Part shown: in pieces, positions 36,012 to 49,261 of the stretch
Layout: each line of letters opens with the position of its first letter
Numbering within the stretch: the stretch's first letter is position 1
Origin: Eledone cirrhosa
Taxonomy: Eukaryota
Direction of reading: 5' to 3'
Assembly: GCA_964016885.1 (NCBI GenBank)
Contig: OZ024747.1
Coordinates: 8,804,001 to 8,868,000, forward strand
Length of the DNA: 64,000 bases
Program-made: the position numbers and the translations under genes
The notes under the pieces: generated by a model
Seen by the model: only the letters and a program-made list of their open reading frames with translations
Told to the model about the DNA's origin: nothing
Databases searched by the model: none

Positions 36012-36768
36012 ATCAAAAATTATTTTGTAAAAGTGCGTGGCTTAGTAATTAGTCTATTTTCGACCCATAATCATGGTGGTGCGATGTCCTTGAGCAAGAC
36101 ACTTTATTTCATATTGCTCCACTCATTTGCATGGGCAGGCCGCTCTGTTGATCGAATCAACTGGAGCACTCATCAGTTGTCTGTAGTTTCACACACATAT
36201 ATATATATAACTGTGATGGTAGGGCTGGGAGGATAAAAAAAAGCTATAATTAAAGACATCCCTGCTACGACCATCCTGATAGTGTTTAAGATGGTAAAGG
36301 TTTGATCTGAAGCAAATGAGTTAAATTTTATAATCAGACTCGGTGCTGTATGTAATTAAGGCCCAAGTTAACATTCATTGAACAGACACGATCGAAGGTG
36401 TTCAAGCAATAGCTATGTTGCCTTATAATAATATATGACGAGTAGTGTGTGTGAGAGAGAGAGATTTGGCTACTATTTCTAGCAAGTCAATCCACCACTC
36501 AAGAGATTGCTATATTACTAAGGTGAAAATGGAAAGTTAAGTAGCAAAATATGATGACGAGGAAAGAGCAGAGATCAGTTGATAATAAAAAACAAACTAA
36601 AATTGATAAATAAATAAATAAATAAGGCCAGGCAAGATGAGGGAAAGTTAAGACAATAAAAATTAAAGACATGAGTGATGGAGACGTTAGGGTTAAGTTC
36701 TTGAAGAGGGAAGTAGGAATGGTAGAGAGACACGATGGGGAGGAGGAGCACAAACAGAAAAGCTAAGA

Positions 36769-36843
36769 GCGACTAAGCAGAATCTCGTCCGGCTCCTAGA
36801 GAGGCCAGGTTCAATTCCTGGCAGGCGCCTCTGTCCACTTTTT
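36769..36843 (+). pseudogene. Truncated tRNA-like sequence with intact T-arm/B-box and T5 terminator
   Basis: Perfect T-arm CCAGG-TTCAATT-CCTGG (36805-36821), 5/7 acceptor-stem pairs (GCGACTA/CAGGCGC), about 12 nt too short in the D region, TTTTT at 36839-36843. Confidence 0.45.
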
Positions 36844-37447
36844 AACCATTTCCACGGAGCACTTTACTCAATATCTTCAACTATTTATAGTAATTGACTG
36901 ATGTTTTTATAGTTATTTATAATAATTATTTTCAATGAGGGGGAAAGAAAAGATAGTAAGAACAAAGAGAAAGGGAAAAAGTATGAGGGAGAAACAGCAA
37001 CAAGAGTAACAGCGAGAAAAACTGCGTATGTGTTGGGGGAAAGAATAGGAAAAAATAGAAACAGACAAGGGGGGAAGCTACGTAAAGAGTAGGAGCAAGA
37101 GGAGAAGGAGGGGAGAAAAATAAAATGAAAGGTACTAAGTAAATGCAGGGAGAATCAACGGTAATAGTAACAGCGAGAGAAATGGAGGCGAGGGAAGAAT
37201 AAGGAAAAGAAAGATCTAAAGCAACAAAGCAGACAATGGGGGAAAGCAACGTAAAGAGTAATAGCATGAGGAGAGACAAGGGAGAAAGAGCGATAATAGT
37301 AAGAGCATGAGGAGAAGGACGAAAGTAAAATAAAGTGAAAAAGGAGGAAGAAAGAGCAAAAATAGTAAGGGCCTAAGGAGGAGAGGGAGAAATAGCAATA
37401 ATAGTAAGAGCAAAAACATAAGGAGAAGGAGGAGAGAAAAATATGAT

Positions 37448-37890
37448 GAAAGGTAGTAGATAAATGGAGGGAGAAAGAGCGATAATAGTAAGAGCAAGAG
37501 GAGAAGGAGGAGAGAGAAATATTGTGAAAGGTAGTAGATAAATGGAGGGAGAAAGAGCGATAATAGTAAGAGCAAGAGGAGAAGGAGGAGAGAGAAATAT
37601 TGTGAAAGGTAGTAGATAAATGGAGGGAGAAAGAGTGATAATAGTAAGAGCAAGAGGAGAAGGAGGAGAGAGAAATATTGTGAAAGGTAGTAGATAAATG
37701 GAGGGAGAAAGAGCGATAATAGTAAGAGCAAAAGGAGAAGGAGGAGAGAGAAATATTGTGAAAGGTATTAGATAAATGGAGGGAGAAAGAGTGATAATAG
37801 TAAGAGCAAGAGGAGAAGGAGGAGAGAGAAATAAAGTGAAAGGTAGTAGTTAAGTGGAGGGAGAAAGAGCAATAATAGTAAGAGCGTGAG
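37448..37890. repeat. 78-bp purine-rich minisatellite, about 6 copies
   Basis: gaaaggta(g/t)tag recurs at 37448, 37526, 37604, 37682, 37760 and 37838. Confidence 0.9.
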
Positions 37891-38646
37891 GAAAAGTAAA
37901 ACTAGAAGAAAGTGTAACAGAGTAGCAGGAGAACGCAGAGGGAGCAGCAGGAGGAAACGGAGGAGAAGTTGTATGAAATGACTACAAGAAAAAAAAGGAG
38001 CTACACAATAATCAAGGTAATAGGAGGAGAAAATATTGTCCCTGTGTGATATTGTGCGAGAGAATATATATTGATATAATTATAGATAGATATACTGATT
38101 TATGTTTACGAAGGCTTAATCTTAAATAGAGGGGGTGTTGGTGGTGGTAGTGGAAGAGAAATAATATAGGAAGTTGGTTTATGAGAAAGAGAGTGAAAAA
38201 AAGGACGGTAAAGAGATGTACTGTGGGAGGAGGAGGATGCTAGGTTGGGAGAGAGAAAGTGAGTGAGTAAAAGGGGGAGAGAAGATTGGTTAAAAAGATA
38301 AAGCCAATGTCATATTAAAAAAAAAAAAAGAAATACATTGTCAGAAAACATTTTCAAATATAATTGTTGACGATGAAAAGATTATTCTAAAAAAGTTGTG
38401 AAAGACGATCAGTGACAAAAAGTGATTGTGTTGTGTGGGTGATATTTATAACTAAAGGATTGTGAGTATATATTTTGTGTGTAGTGAGGGTGACAATGAT
38501 GATGATTGGAAGAGGAGGACGAGAAGAATGCTGCTTTTAAAACAACGGTTTAGCTTAGAAGTAGTGGAAGGAAGAGATAGAGATTTTAGACAAGGTGGGA
38601 GGTATAAACCAGCCGTCGTCGGACTTAAGACATCTGAGAAAGTTGC

Positions 38647-39020
38647 TGTTAGTGTGTGGTATCGCACCTACCTTTTCACAACAGGACCACCACTAGGGCC
38701 CCTAAAACAAGCTGGTTATTTTTCACCAACTAACTGCTGCAACTCTATCCATACACACCAACACAGGCGCACGGGAACGGCATCATAGGGGGAGGCACAA
38801 TGACATACAGACAGACAGACAAAAATGTTTTATTTACTCAATTTTTTTTCCAAGATTCAGTGAGCGACTGACTCAAATATAGCAAAGGATGTAAACAAAA
38901 GGGAGATAACCGTGCTTAGTAGTTGTAATTCTTAGCTTTTTTCATTCATTTTAAATTAAAAACCACCTTATACATCTGATACCTTTACCGCCTTGATTTA
39001 GTTGATCGTCGGATCCCAAT
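38647..39020 (-). mobile_element. Possible solo-LTR remnant related to 4224-4600
   Basis: Shares acagacagac..aaat.tttttatttact about 165 bp from a TGTTA terminus, and gg.tgt..ac.aaggga..taac further on. Confidence 0.35.
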
Positions 39021-42000
39021 ACTTATTTTGTCAAGTCTGGTACTTATTTGATCGATTCCTTTTGTGTCGAACCGCTACTTGCGAGACATAAAGACAAACA
39101 CAGGCGGACACATACATACAGATGGGTTTCTGTAAATTTCGTCTACCAAATTCCACACAAACATTTAGTTAAGTAACTGCTATAATAAAGGACAATCGCT
39201 TAAGGTGTTGCACAGTGAGAGTGAACCCTGAACAATGTGGTTGTGAAATAAATTCCGTTACCATATTTTCATTTTATTCACTTGGGGGAATCTTATTTAT
39301 ATCTGGATATACAACTTTATTACTATTTTTTCTTTGTTTTGTTTTTCTGCGTTTATTATATTTTATACATCTGTGATTATTATTTGTATATGATTTTTCT
39401 TTTTTACATCGACACACCGGTTGCTTTCGATCGGATAAACAAATGCGTTTTGATTGAATTTTATATATACATATTACTTATAAAATGAAATCTAATTATG
39501 TTGAACGGCTAATTGTTATAGATTGTGGCTAAAAATAAAATTAGGTAATTTATTATTGCACCTATCTCTGAGACGAGTGTTGTGGTGTTCTCGGGTGGGG
39601 GTCTGTAGAAAACGAGTAATTTCCGACGGTTTTTAAGGCCGCATTCGTTAAAAAAAACAATGGGAAAACACGTTCACCTTTAAAATTCTAACCAAACGTG
39701 CCAACTAATTACCCTTAAAACAATAACAAATAATTTACTATTATCCGGAGACGGGTGTAGATTACCTACCTATATATCTTAATGCTAATCATACTGCGGT
39801 AAAGTTATATTAATAATGTTGGGACAAAAGTATCCCATGTGCATATTTTTAACGAGAAAAATATACATAATACTTTCAGTTTAGTTTGATCAAAATTAGC
39901 CATTTTCAATTAAAAACAAACTTTTTTTTAAAGCAATCGCTATCGAAAGGGTTAAATTCTATGTATCATCCAGTCAATCTTTCTTCCTTTACTCTAATCA
40001 TCTTAGATGGTCCCGTCAATTTATTTTCAAAACTAATAAATATTTTCCTCACTCTCCGTATTATTGTTTTCGTGAGAATGTTTTGTTATTTTTCTTGTCC
40101 ACAACAATTTTACCGCCTTTTGATTGTATCTATGATATCTCGGTTTTTATTGAACGAATGGATGGGATTTAACGTGCAAGAGAGTTAGAAATGAAACTAG
40201 GTATAGATTTTAAAAGCTGCTTAACCCTTTCTCTGCCATACTTTTAATCAGATACATCATCATCACTACCTAAATTAATTTCAGGGGGGATTTACTTCAT
40301 AGAGCCAGGAGCTGATTGATATCAAAATGTTTAATTTAATGTTTATTAAGTTGTGAAGAAGTAGATTATAGGGTTATTTCATTTTCATGCTGTTAGTTCA
40401 CTTTTTAATTATTAGAATTATTAACACTTTCGTCACCATATTTCTCATGAAAAACCACTGCCTATGATTTTCAAATAATCAACTATTTAGAGCGATATAA
40501 CTTTCTCATGGTTAATCTGGAAAACAGTTTTGTATCATAGAATCTCTGGGCAGTTTCGTGTAGTTTGGTTGGTATTAAAGGGGTTAATCTTAGTTTCATC
40601 TGATATTTCCCATTCATCTCAGTATCTTTTCATTTCTTTTGTTTTCTATTGTAATAATATTGTACGCGCACGTTTCTGTAGATGTTTTTGCTCATTTCGT
40701 CTTGGGATACAAAAAGCTGAGGACTAAAACAGTTAAAGATAAACAAAATTTAATCTTTAAAAGCTATGTAACAATTTATCTGATAAAATAAACTCAAGCT
40801 ATATATTAAAATTCTGTATTGTTTTTTTTACTATGTAGGGTTTTCTTTTCTATCGTCAGACCCTTTATTTTTAGTTTTGACGTAACATTTTTTGTGTCAA
40901 AGCTATTCAGTTATAGTTATTTTGTTTTAAGGACGATGGGATGAGAAACAGTAGTTCTTGCTGCATTTATATATATATTTTCAAGTCGACTTTTTCTATC
41001 TCAGAGGTCAATGAAATAATGTACTAGTTGTATACTTGTCGATTGTAACCTCTCAATATGTGTCCTTGTGCCAACCCAAGATATTTTGGTTCTCGGTTGT
41101 CCTTAACTCACATATGTTCCAACTATGTATTCTATAACACGTGCACATATATATATATATAATGTGTATATGTGCACGTGTTATAGAATACGTAGTTGTG
41201 TGTGTATGTATTATATATACACACACACACACTTTCTTGGGAGCTACATACATAGCTAACAACATCGTTACACATGCTCCATATTTCTCTCTCTTACTGT
41301 CTGTCTATCTATATGTCCCTTCATTACAGTTATTTATATCTCTTTGCTTCTTTCCTCCCGCCTTTTCATCACTCTCCATTTTAATTTCTGATTAGTCTGC
41401 ACTATCTGTCAGACTGTATAATATTCTCATCTCTCCATTTTCTTCACAGTTTCTCCGCCATTATTAAGTAATTCCCTCACCCCACTTCTGATAAATGATT
41501 ATTTTTACTTTTCACCTGCCTTTTTCTTTAATTAATTGCGTAAAGAGGGCGTTATACGACGGCTGCTTTATTTATATACACAAATAAATAATTTCCTCCA
41601 ACGATGGCTGATGGTTTTCAAGTATAAGTATGGAACCTCAGTTGTGTTAGAATCTTTCATAATCAGATCCACCGTCTCGTTTTCTCGTGTTTTTTACCAC
41701 ATTTTCCGACATGTAAATTATTACGTAGAAAATGAAACACTCGCAAGCCAAAATGCTATGGGCATCTACATACATCCCTGTGGCCCACGATGTTTTTTTT
41801 ATATTGAGTTGGTTCTTAAAGATATTCACAATACATATTGAGAGGTTGGATGTAGAAAATATTGTTTTCCTTCAACATATTTACAATCATTTATATAACA
41901 CCGAAGCCTACCTTTTTTTAAATCATTAAATATGTATGAATACGTTTCTGTTGTATTCGGAGTTTTTTTGTTTTGTTTTTCCGTTGGTTAATATCGATTC

Positions 42001-42426
42001 AACTCTCAACTGTTTTTAAAACCTTTTCGTGGCTTTAATCTAATGAAGTGCACTGTATTTCATCAATTAATTAATGGAAAATTTTGAGAGAGTTACTAAA
42101 ATTATTTCGTTACTAAGATAGTAACTTAACATATGGTCCTTAATTAGAATTATGATGGAAAATTTTAATTTATGAAGTTTGAAGGATTTGCTAACATTAT
42201 TATTTCTTTCCCGCCAAGGTTAACTTTGCCTTTTATCCTTACGGGGTCGATAAAATAAAGTACCAGTAATGTACTAGGATAATTGCTGGCCTTGTGCCTA
42301 AAGTAGAAACAATTATTATTTCATTACTTATTATATGGCTCTTATATAAAATTATGTTGGAATATTTACATTTAAATAGGCAGATGGGTGATGTTGTTTC
42401 ATAGAACCAGAGCCGTTCCACTAGAT

Positions 42427-44200
42427 CAGGGGTCACCAAACTTTTTTCACAGTGGGCCGGATAACTGAAAGAATGACGAGCGCGGGCCGCATAATCATTC
42501 TGTTCACTACTTGCAAGCCAGAACGAAAACTCTGGGAAAATGACGAAACACTACGTTTAGCATTCCATGTTAATCATGGGTGAGTGGCGTGCAATGCACA
42601 AAAAACAAAGACAACCAACATATTTATTTACTAAAAAGTTATCAAAGAAGGCGACGTTAGCAAACATAGATACATCAGACCTAGTGTGTACATATCCGAA
42701 TCTTACAAACTAAACAGCAACAAAGGTTAGTGAGATTTGTGAAACTGACGTTTGGCTTTCAAGATATCATCAATTGCTTTCAAATGTTCATCAGTCAATC
42801 TCGTTCGATGTGTTGACTTCACACACTTCATTTTTGAAAATTTTTGCTCACAGACATAAGTTGTTCCAAACAATGATGTCATACCAGCGGCAAATTTCTT
42901 CAATTTCGGAAACTCAACATCAGGTAAGAAGCGGTAAAATTCAACAAGTTTTCCTTCTCTGTGCTTCTTTCAACAAGTCATTTGCTTGCAAATCAATGAG
43001 CTCCAACTGTAGTTCAACTGGCACATCATCAAGGTTACAATCAAACGGATTCTGGAACAGAAGAATATCACTCTCAATTCTGCCGAGATCTGAAAATCTC
43101 TCCAAAAAATGCTTCTTCAAGTCACGAATAATCTTTTTAGGAAAATCGAGGTTGACATCTTCAGCAATTGTAGCGCAAAACTCTTTGAAACAGTGAAAAT
43201 GAGAGAAGTTTTCTCCTTCCACTTGTGCTTCAAACAATGACAGCTTTCTCCGAAATCCTTTGATGATTCTGTAGAGATCACAGACGAGGTTATCCTTTCC
43301 CTGAAGTTTCAAGTTCAGTTCATTCATGTGGGATGTGATGTCGACCAAAAATGACAACTTTGGCAGCCAGGTAGGATCTGACAGCTGTGGATCAGCTCTA
43401 TCTTTTTCAGTGAGAAAAACATCTATTTTGTTTCAGAGCTTGTAAAAACGAAACAGGACTTTACCACTGCTGTGTGATAAGGCAAGTCACAGAAATCAGA
43501 ATCAATTTCTTCAAGAAAAGCCTGGAACTGACGGTGATTGAGTGCATGTTCCCGAATGGTTTCAGTACACAAGAAATATCCAAGTCTTTTCCACAGAGTG
43601 TTTGCTGATGTATGAACAGAGCGCCCGGAATTTGCAAATCTTCCAACTGAGTCCTGATCTGCCCGACCAGACCCATCCTCACTCCAGCCATGTTTTTTCC
43701 TCCATCAACTGTAACACCTCGAAGCTGATTCCACTGAAGGTTATAGTCTTGCAAAGTTTTCTGCATTTCCATGAAAATGTCTTTTCCAGTTGTTGTTCCC
43801 ATGCATGCAGGAAACGGATGCCAACTCTTCTGTTATCTGAAAGTCCAAATTGACACCACAGATGAACACGAGAAGTTGTGACGTACTCGAGAGATCAGTA
43901 GACTCATCCAGCGCCAGAGAATACCATAACAAGTTCCTAGCTTTCTCGCATATCTGTAGCACTATGTTCTCTCCAAGTTCTTCTGTTCTCTGCACAACTG
44001 AACTTGCCGAAAGGCTGATACTTCCAAACAAATCGGCTTTCTCAGGACACAAGTCATTTGCTGCTTCCATCATACACTCTTTGATGAAGTTGCCATCAGT
44101 AAACGGTTTTCTTCGCTCTGCCAAAACTTATGCACTATTTTGTAACTTGTACGAGTGACAGATTTATTTTCAGCAAACTTTCTCGTGAAGAGGCCAGCCA
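42427..44200 (-). mobile_element. hAT DNA transposon (Buster/SPIN/GTF2IRD2-like transposase), frameshifted, one end missing
   Basis: Peptides RKPFTDGNFIKECM, YSLALDESTDLSSTSQLLVFI, GTTTGKDIF, VTVDGGKNMAG, FLVDITSHMNELNLKLQG, FQNPF. TIR CAGGGGTCACCAAACT at 42427 preceded by cacTAgat (nnnTAnnn target typical of Buster/Charlie). Confidence 0.9.
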
Positions 44201-45884
44201 AGCTGATATAGGTGTAAGCTGTTATCAACATGATAGAAATGGAGTAGCTATCATTAAGCGCCTAATGAACCTCCCAAGAGATGCAACCTCGGGAAGCCAG
44301 CTCATCTTGCACAAGTATGAGCTGTAAATTTTGTTTTCATCTGATCAGTGACTGAAAGTTCTGTAAACTTGTTGCTTAAACTGCTCATACTTAGGAAATG
44401 GCAAGCCTCTATGAATACCGGCCGTTTTATTTAACCCTTTTGTTAGCATATTGCTAATGAAAGACACTGCTTGTGTGTTTCTATTGATTTTTTGAGTAAT
44501 CAACTCTTTGGAAGCATTTAGTAACATAACTTTTGTTATCAAACTGTTGTTTATAATTCAAAAGTTCTTACATAAAATTAAATATAAACAGTTTAAAAAC
44601 TAAAAGTTTTGTATCATAGAACCAGGGTTAGCTTCTGGCTGTTTGGTATCAAAACGGTTAAGTATCATAAAAAGGGTGATTTATTTAGAACTGGAAACAT
44701 CTATAAAAATTTAAAAGGGAGAATAAAACCCATTTAATTCCCATTTGAACTATTTCTGTCTACCTCCTCATGTTGATAACATTGTCAATATGTAGATCCA
44801 AACAATAAACTGATGCATACACACCCACACATATAACAGACTTGTTTACAGTATTGGAGTGCTAAGAGCTGGGATAAGAATCAAGCCATCTACATTACTA
44901 ATGTACACCTGCTTGAGTTAAATATCATGGAGTTTTAAAACTATATTAAACTTTTTAATAACAATTCTTCTGAAAGTATGTTCCAGATATCAGCTTAATT
45001 AGAAATAGAAGATATTTTGCTAGTGTTTCATACATCCATGGATACAAAAACTTGGACATATCATTAGAGTCACTAACTGCTTTAGATCTTACATCATATA
45101 CCCATAATCAAGATGGCACACAAGACTCTACTGAACCCCACTTGCCACTTCATCTCATCCAGAGCTATCTAGATACCCTCTCTGTTGGTTTTCCATTGTT
45201 CTTGAAGGTTCCTTACTCATTCCCACAATAACCAGTATTCCATAAATCTTACTGAGGGAATTACATGCACACCTTTGCCAACCTTCAGTGGTATTTTCCT
45301 GGTCCTCCCCATTCCTGCAACAGTCCTCCTACTCTTCATATTTTACTCTCTTCCTCTTCTGTGCCTTCATCCTCTCCTTTCAGACAAGAGTTAGCTCCAG
45401 TAGAATGAACTGTCTTTTCACCTCAACTAAATCACTTCAGATTGTTGATTGATTGAAACAAGCATATATATATATATGTGTGTGTGTGTGGTTAAGATGT
45501 TTGCTTCACATCCATATGGTTTCAGGTTCCATGCCACTGTGTGGGACCTTGGGGAAGCATTTTCTACTATAGCTTTGAGCTGACCAATGTCTTATGAGTG
45601 AATTGGGTTGGCAAAAACTGTGCAGAAGCCAGTTGTGTGTATGTGTGTAAATCACTATCATCACTTTGCATCTGACAATGCTTGTGCAGACGTTTGTTTA
45701 TGTCATGCGTAAAGAATAAACCCCCTGGTTCAGTGGTTTGATGTGTGAAGATCAGTACCTTACTTTAAAACAAGAAATGCTTGGTATCAAAGGTAATCCT
45801 GTTGTAGAATACTGCCTCAAAGAAAGATTCTAACACAATCCATGTCAAATAATTAAAAAAAATTTTTTTTTTTTTTCTAATACT

Positions 45885-45908
45885 ATAATTTTTCTTTTTT
45901 TTTTTTAG
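45885..45908 (+). other. Probable splice acceptor of a 5-prime UTR intron of ZNF-C
   Basis: ctaa branch-like motif, long polypyrimidine tract and TAG ending at 45908, 288 bp upstream of the ATG. Confidence 0.6.
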
Positions 45909-46195
45909 GTAACATTAACCAAATCTTCAAACTGAAATGGAACATGATTTACATGAAACAATCTGCTTAGCAATGTAAAACATAGATGAGACTAGAACTT
46001 CGTATATTTGAAATTACATTTTTATTTTAATTTTACTTATGTTTAAATTGTTGAAGCTTTGCACATCAAAGTTTTTACAACAAATTGAAACCACAACACA
46101 AAAAAAAATCTGTTCTGTTTACAAAGTGTACAAACAATTTTTATGTTAAAGATAACTGGAAAGTCTTGATACTTTAATTAAGACTTTTCCTTGTC

Positions 46196-47734
46196 ATGAA
46201 TTCAATGCATATCTCTAATCAGATTCACAATTCTTCATCAATTCATAATATGGAACGAATGTACAATTGTAATATCTGTATGAAGTCATTTTCAAGGTAT
46301 GACAATTTAGAACGCCATAAGCTAACTCATCAAATGGAAAAACCTTACAATTGTGACATATGTGGCAAAGCCTTTAGCCAGAAATATCACTTGAAACAGC
46401 ACCAAGTTACTCATACTGGAGAAAAACCTTTTAAGTGCAATATCTGTGACCACAGTTTCTCACGCAATGGCAACCTCTCTAGACATATGGCAATCCATTC
46501 AAAATCTATGTCTCCAAATAACACAAGACCTCCTCTCCATTCCTCTTCTTACGATGACAATCCATACAATTGTGATGTCTGTGGCAGGGCTTCACAGAAT
46601 CAGAAACAAAACATGGGACACACAGTGATTAATTCAGTAGATAAACCATTTAAATGTGATATCTGTGGTTGCACTTTTGCTCGTAGTGGTGATCTGACAA
46701 GACACATGAAGACACATGAAAAAGCTCTTCAACCATACCACAACAATGGAGGCACAAGTTCACCTCCTTATCAAAGTGAGAACCCATTCAACTGTAAAGC
46801 TTGCTGGAAGGCATTCTCTCAGAGATCTGGTGTAAATGTCCATGAGAAAATTCACAAAGCACTTAAACCATTCCAATGTGAAGAATGTGGTAAGGCATTC
46901 TCTCAACGAACACATTTACAAGTTCACAAAAGTCGCATACATACAGGTAATAAACAATTTAAAGCCACAGGGGAGACAACCCCAACAAGATCTAAATCTC
47001 ATGAAAATCCATTGAACTGTGACATCTGTTGGAAAGCTTTCTCTCAAAGATCTCTTGTGAGCCTACACAAACGTATTCATTCTGTTGTTTTACCATTTGA
47101 GTGCAACATATGTGGTAAAGTTTTCACTGAAAAAGGAAACTGGAAGAGACACCAGCGTAGCCATTTGGGAGAGAAATTATTCAATTGTGATGTGTGTTCA
47201 AAAACATTTTTACAGCGATCCCACTTAAAAGAGCACCAGAAGACACATTCTGGTGAACGTCCGTTTAAATGTTCGACCTGTGGTTATGCATTTTCTCGTA
47301 AAGATCACCTTGAACGCCATCAACGAACTAATAAATGTTCCAAAAAAGTGAACTGCACACTTCAACCACCACCACAACAACAACAATCAACAACAACTAC
47401 ATCATCATCATCATCATCAGGCAATGCTGGTGAAAATACTAGCAACAGCAACAATAACAACAACAGTCACCAGTTGAATATTACTAGCCATCACCCGACC
47501 ACGTCTACTCCTAACGTGCCACCCCAGCATGCAAATGTACCACGACACCACACCACAACGGATATTCCCCAGCATACAAACCTACCCAATGCCCCAATGT
47601 ATCCGGCCACAACTCAGATGTACCCTACTACTATACAGTTATACCCCAGTACCCCTGTGTTTCCAACCATACAAATGTATCCTAATGCATCCCAAATATT
47701 TGCAGCCAACAACCAAATATTCCCAAACAATTAG
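46196..47734 (+). CDS. C2H2 zinc-finger protein ZNF-C (512 aa): about 11 fingers in four groups (one degenerate, last C2HC), low-complexity C-terminus with heptad-like repeats
   Basis: Uninterrupted ORF with CxxC...HxxxH motifs and TGEKP/SGERP linkers. Strong upstream acceptor at 45907-45908. Confidence 0.93.
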   Translation: MNSMHISNQIHNSSSIHNMERMYNCNICMKSFSRYDNLERHKLTHQMEKPYNCDICGKAFSQKYHLKQHQVTHTGEKPFKCNICDHSFSRNGNLSRHMAIHSKSMSPNNTRPPLHSSSYDDNPYNCDVCGRASQNQKQNMGHTVINSVDKPFKCDICGCTFARSGDLTRHMKTHEKALQPYHNNGGTSSPPYQSENPFNCKACWKAFSQRSGVNVHEKIHKALKPFQCEECGKAFSQRTHLQVHKSRIHTGNKQFKATGETTPTRSKSHENPLNCDICWKAFSQRSLVSLHKRIHSVVLPFECNICGKVFTEKGNWKRHQRSHLGEKLFNCDVCSKTFLQRSHLKEHQKTHSGERPFKCSTCGYAFSRKDHLERHQRTNKCSKKVNCTLQPPPQQQQSTTTTSSSSSSGNAGENTSNSNNNNNSHQLNITSHHPTTSTPNVPPQHANVPRHHTTTDIPQHTNLPNAPMYPATTQMYPTTIQLYPSTPVFPTIQMYPNASQIFAANNQIFPNN

Positions 47735-49261
47735 AAAATCAATCAGCTTACTAAAATATTCTATTTCTTGTCATTTCCTATTTAGCTTTTCATTGAAAGA
47801 AAACATTTTTTTTTTTTTTGTATGAATTATTTTTATATGAATAACTAATGAATACATTTCTCCCCCTCCCCCTTTTTTCATTTTATGAAATTAGCATGAT
47901 TATTATTGTATCTAGACTATTTCTATTTTTCTGATACTATTTAGGGGTTGTTTTTTTTTTTTTAGCTCAAGGCGGCAAATTTACAGGGTCGTTAGGGCAT
48001 CGGATTAAATGCTGCGGTATTTGTTCCAGCTCATCGCACTCTGACTTCACATCCCACTTAGGTCAACTTTGCCTTTCATCCTTTTGAGGTCGATAAATAA
48101 AGTACCAGTTCAGTGCTGGGTTGATTCTTCCTCTCTCTCTCTCTCTTCTCCCTCTCTCACTCTCTTCTCCTTCTCTCACTCTCTTCTTCTTCTCTCTGGA
48201 AGAAATCGGCTAGATTCACACCTGGAGGGGATGGGCTCCACCAGGTTTTAAATGCCCATGACACGCTGTATGTCAGGACAGTGCCCCTACAACTCCATCA
48301 GGAGTTAAGGGACCTTTCCTTTCCTTTTTTTAAGCTCTCGGAGACAATGTCAATTTGCTTGAACTTCCAAGTGACTGATCAAAGACCAATGAGAAGTTAA
48401 ACAGGGACGAGGCAGGACTCTTAGCACATTGCTAGATGTACTCAGCTGTCACCAGTAACAGTTCAATTTCTTTTGCTATTTGTGAATTTCTATGAAGTTA
48501 TCACCTGTTATATAGTCACCATTAATAATTATTATATTTATTAATCAAGCCAAATATGAATGCTTTTTGTTTTTTTTTACGTTTTTGTTTCTTCAGTGAA
48601 TGTATGTGGCCTAGTAATTCAGGTATTAGGTCTTCTATCATTAAAACACCTGAGAAGCCACCTTTGAGTTACAACCTCATAGAAAGCCAGCTAAACTTGC
48701 ATAAGTGCGAGCTGTAAATTTCACTTTTTGTTTCTTGTTTCTTCAACAAATCTAGACATTATTTACAATGCTTTATAGGCAGCAAACTGGCAGAACCATT
48801 AGGACAGTGGAAAGAATTCTTTGCAGTATTTGTTCTGACTCTCTGTTCTTTTAGTTCAAATCTCACCGAGGTCATCTTTATCTTTCACCTTTTCTGATTT
48901 GTACCAGTTCAAGGTAATGAACTAGTGGAATTGCTAGTGTTAAACAAGTCGCACTGCCTTGCGATATTTGCTGTGGTCTGTTTGGATGGTAGACTTAATC
49001 CAACATTTGGTTTAACCCTTTAAGCATTTGCATTACTATATATATACTATTGTATTTTCGCGGTAAAGGCTTTACCTCACATAATATTGAATCTATGAGA
49101 TTTTGATATTATTATTTATTTTGAGAATAATACTGCAATGTTGGTATAAGCGGCCAGTTTGAGCAGAACGGTGAGAAAATTGTCACTGAACAGTTTAAAT
49201 GTTGAAGGGTTAACACCATCACCTGCCTTTTGGGTATCTTTACCTCATAGTTCATAAGGCA

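Noticed and set aside
37216-37731. 171-aa Leu-rich membrane-like ORF
   Set aside because: Antisense translation of the 78-bp purine-rich minisatellite.
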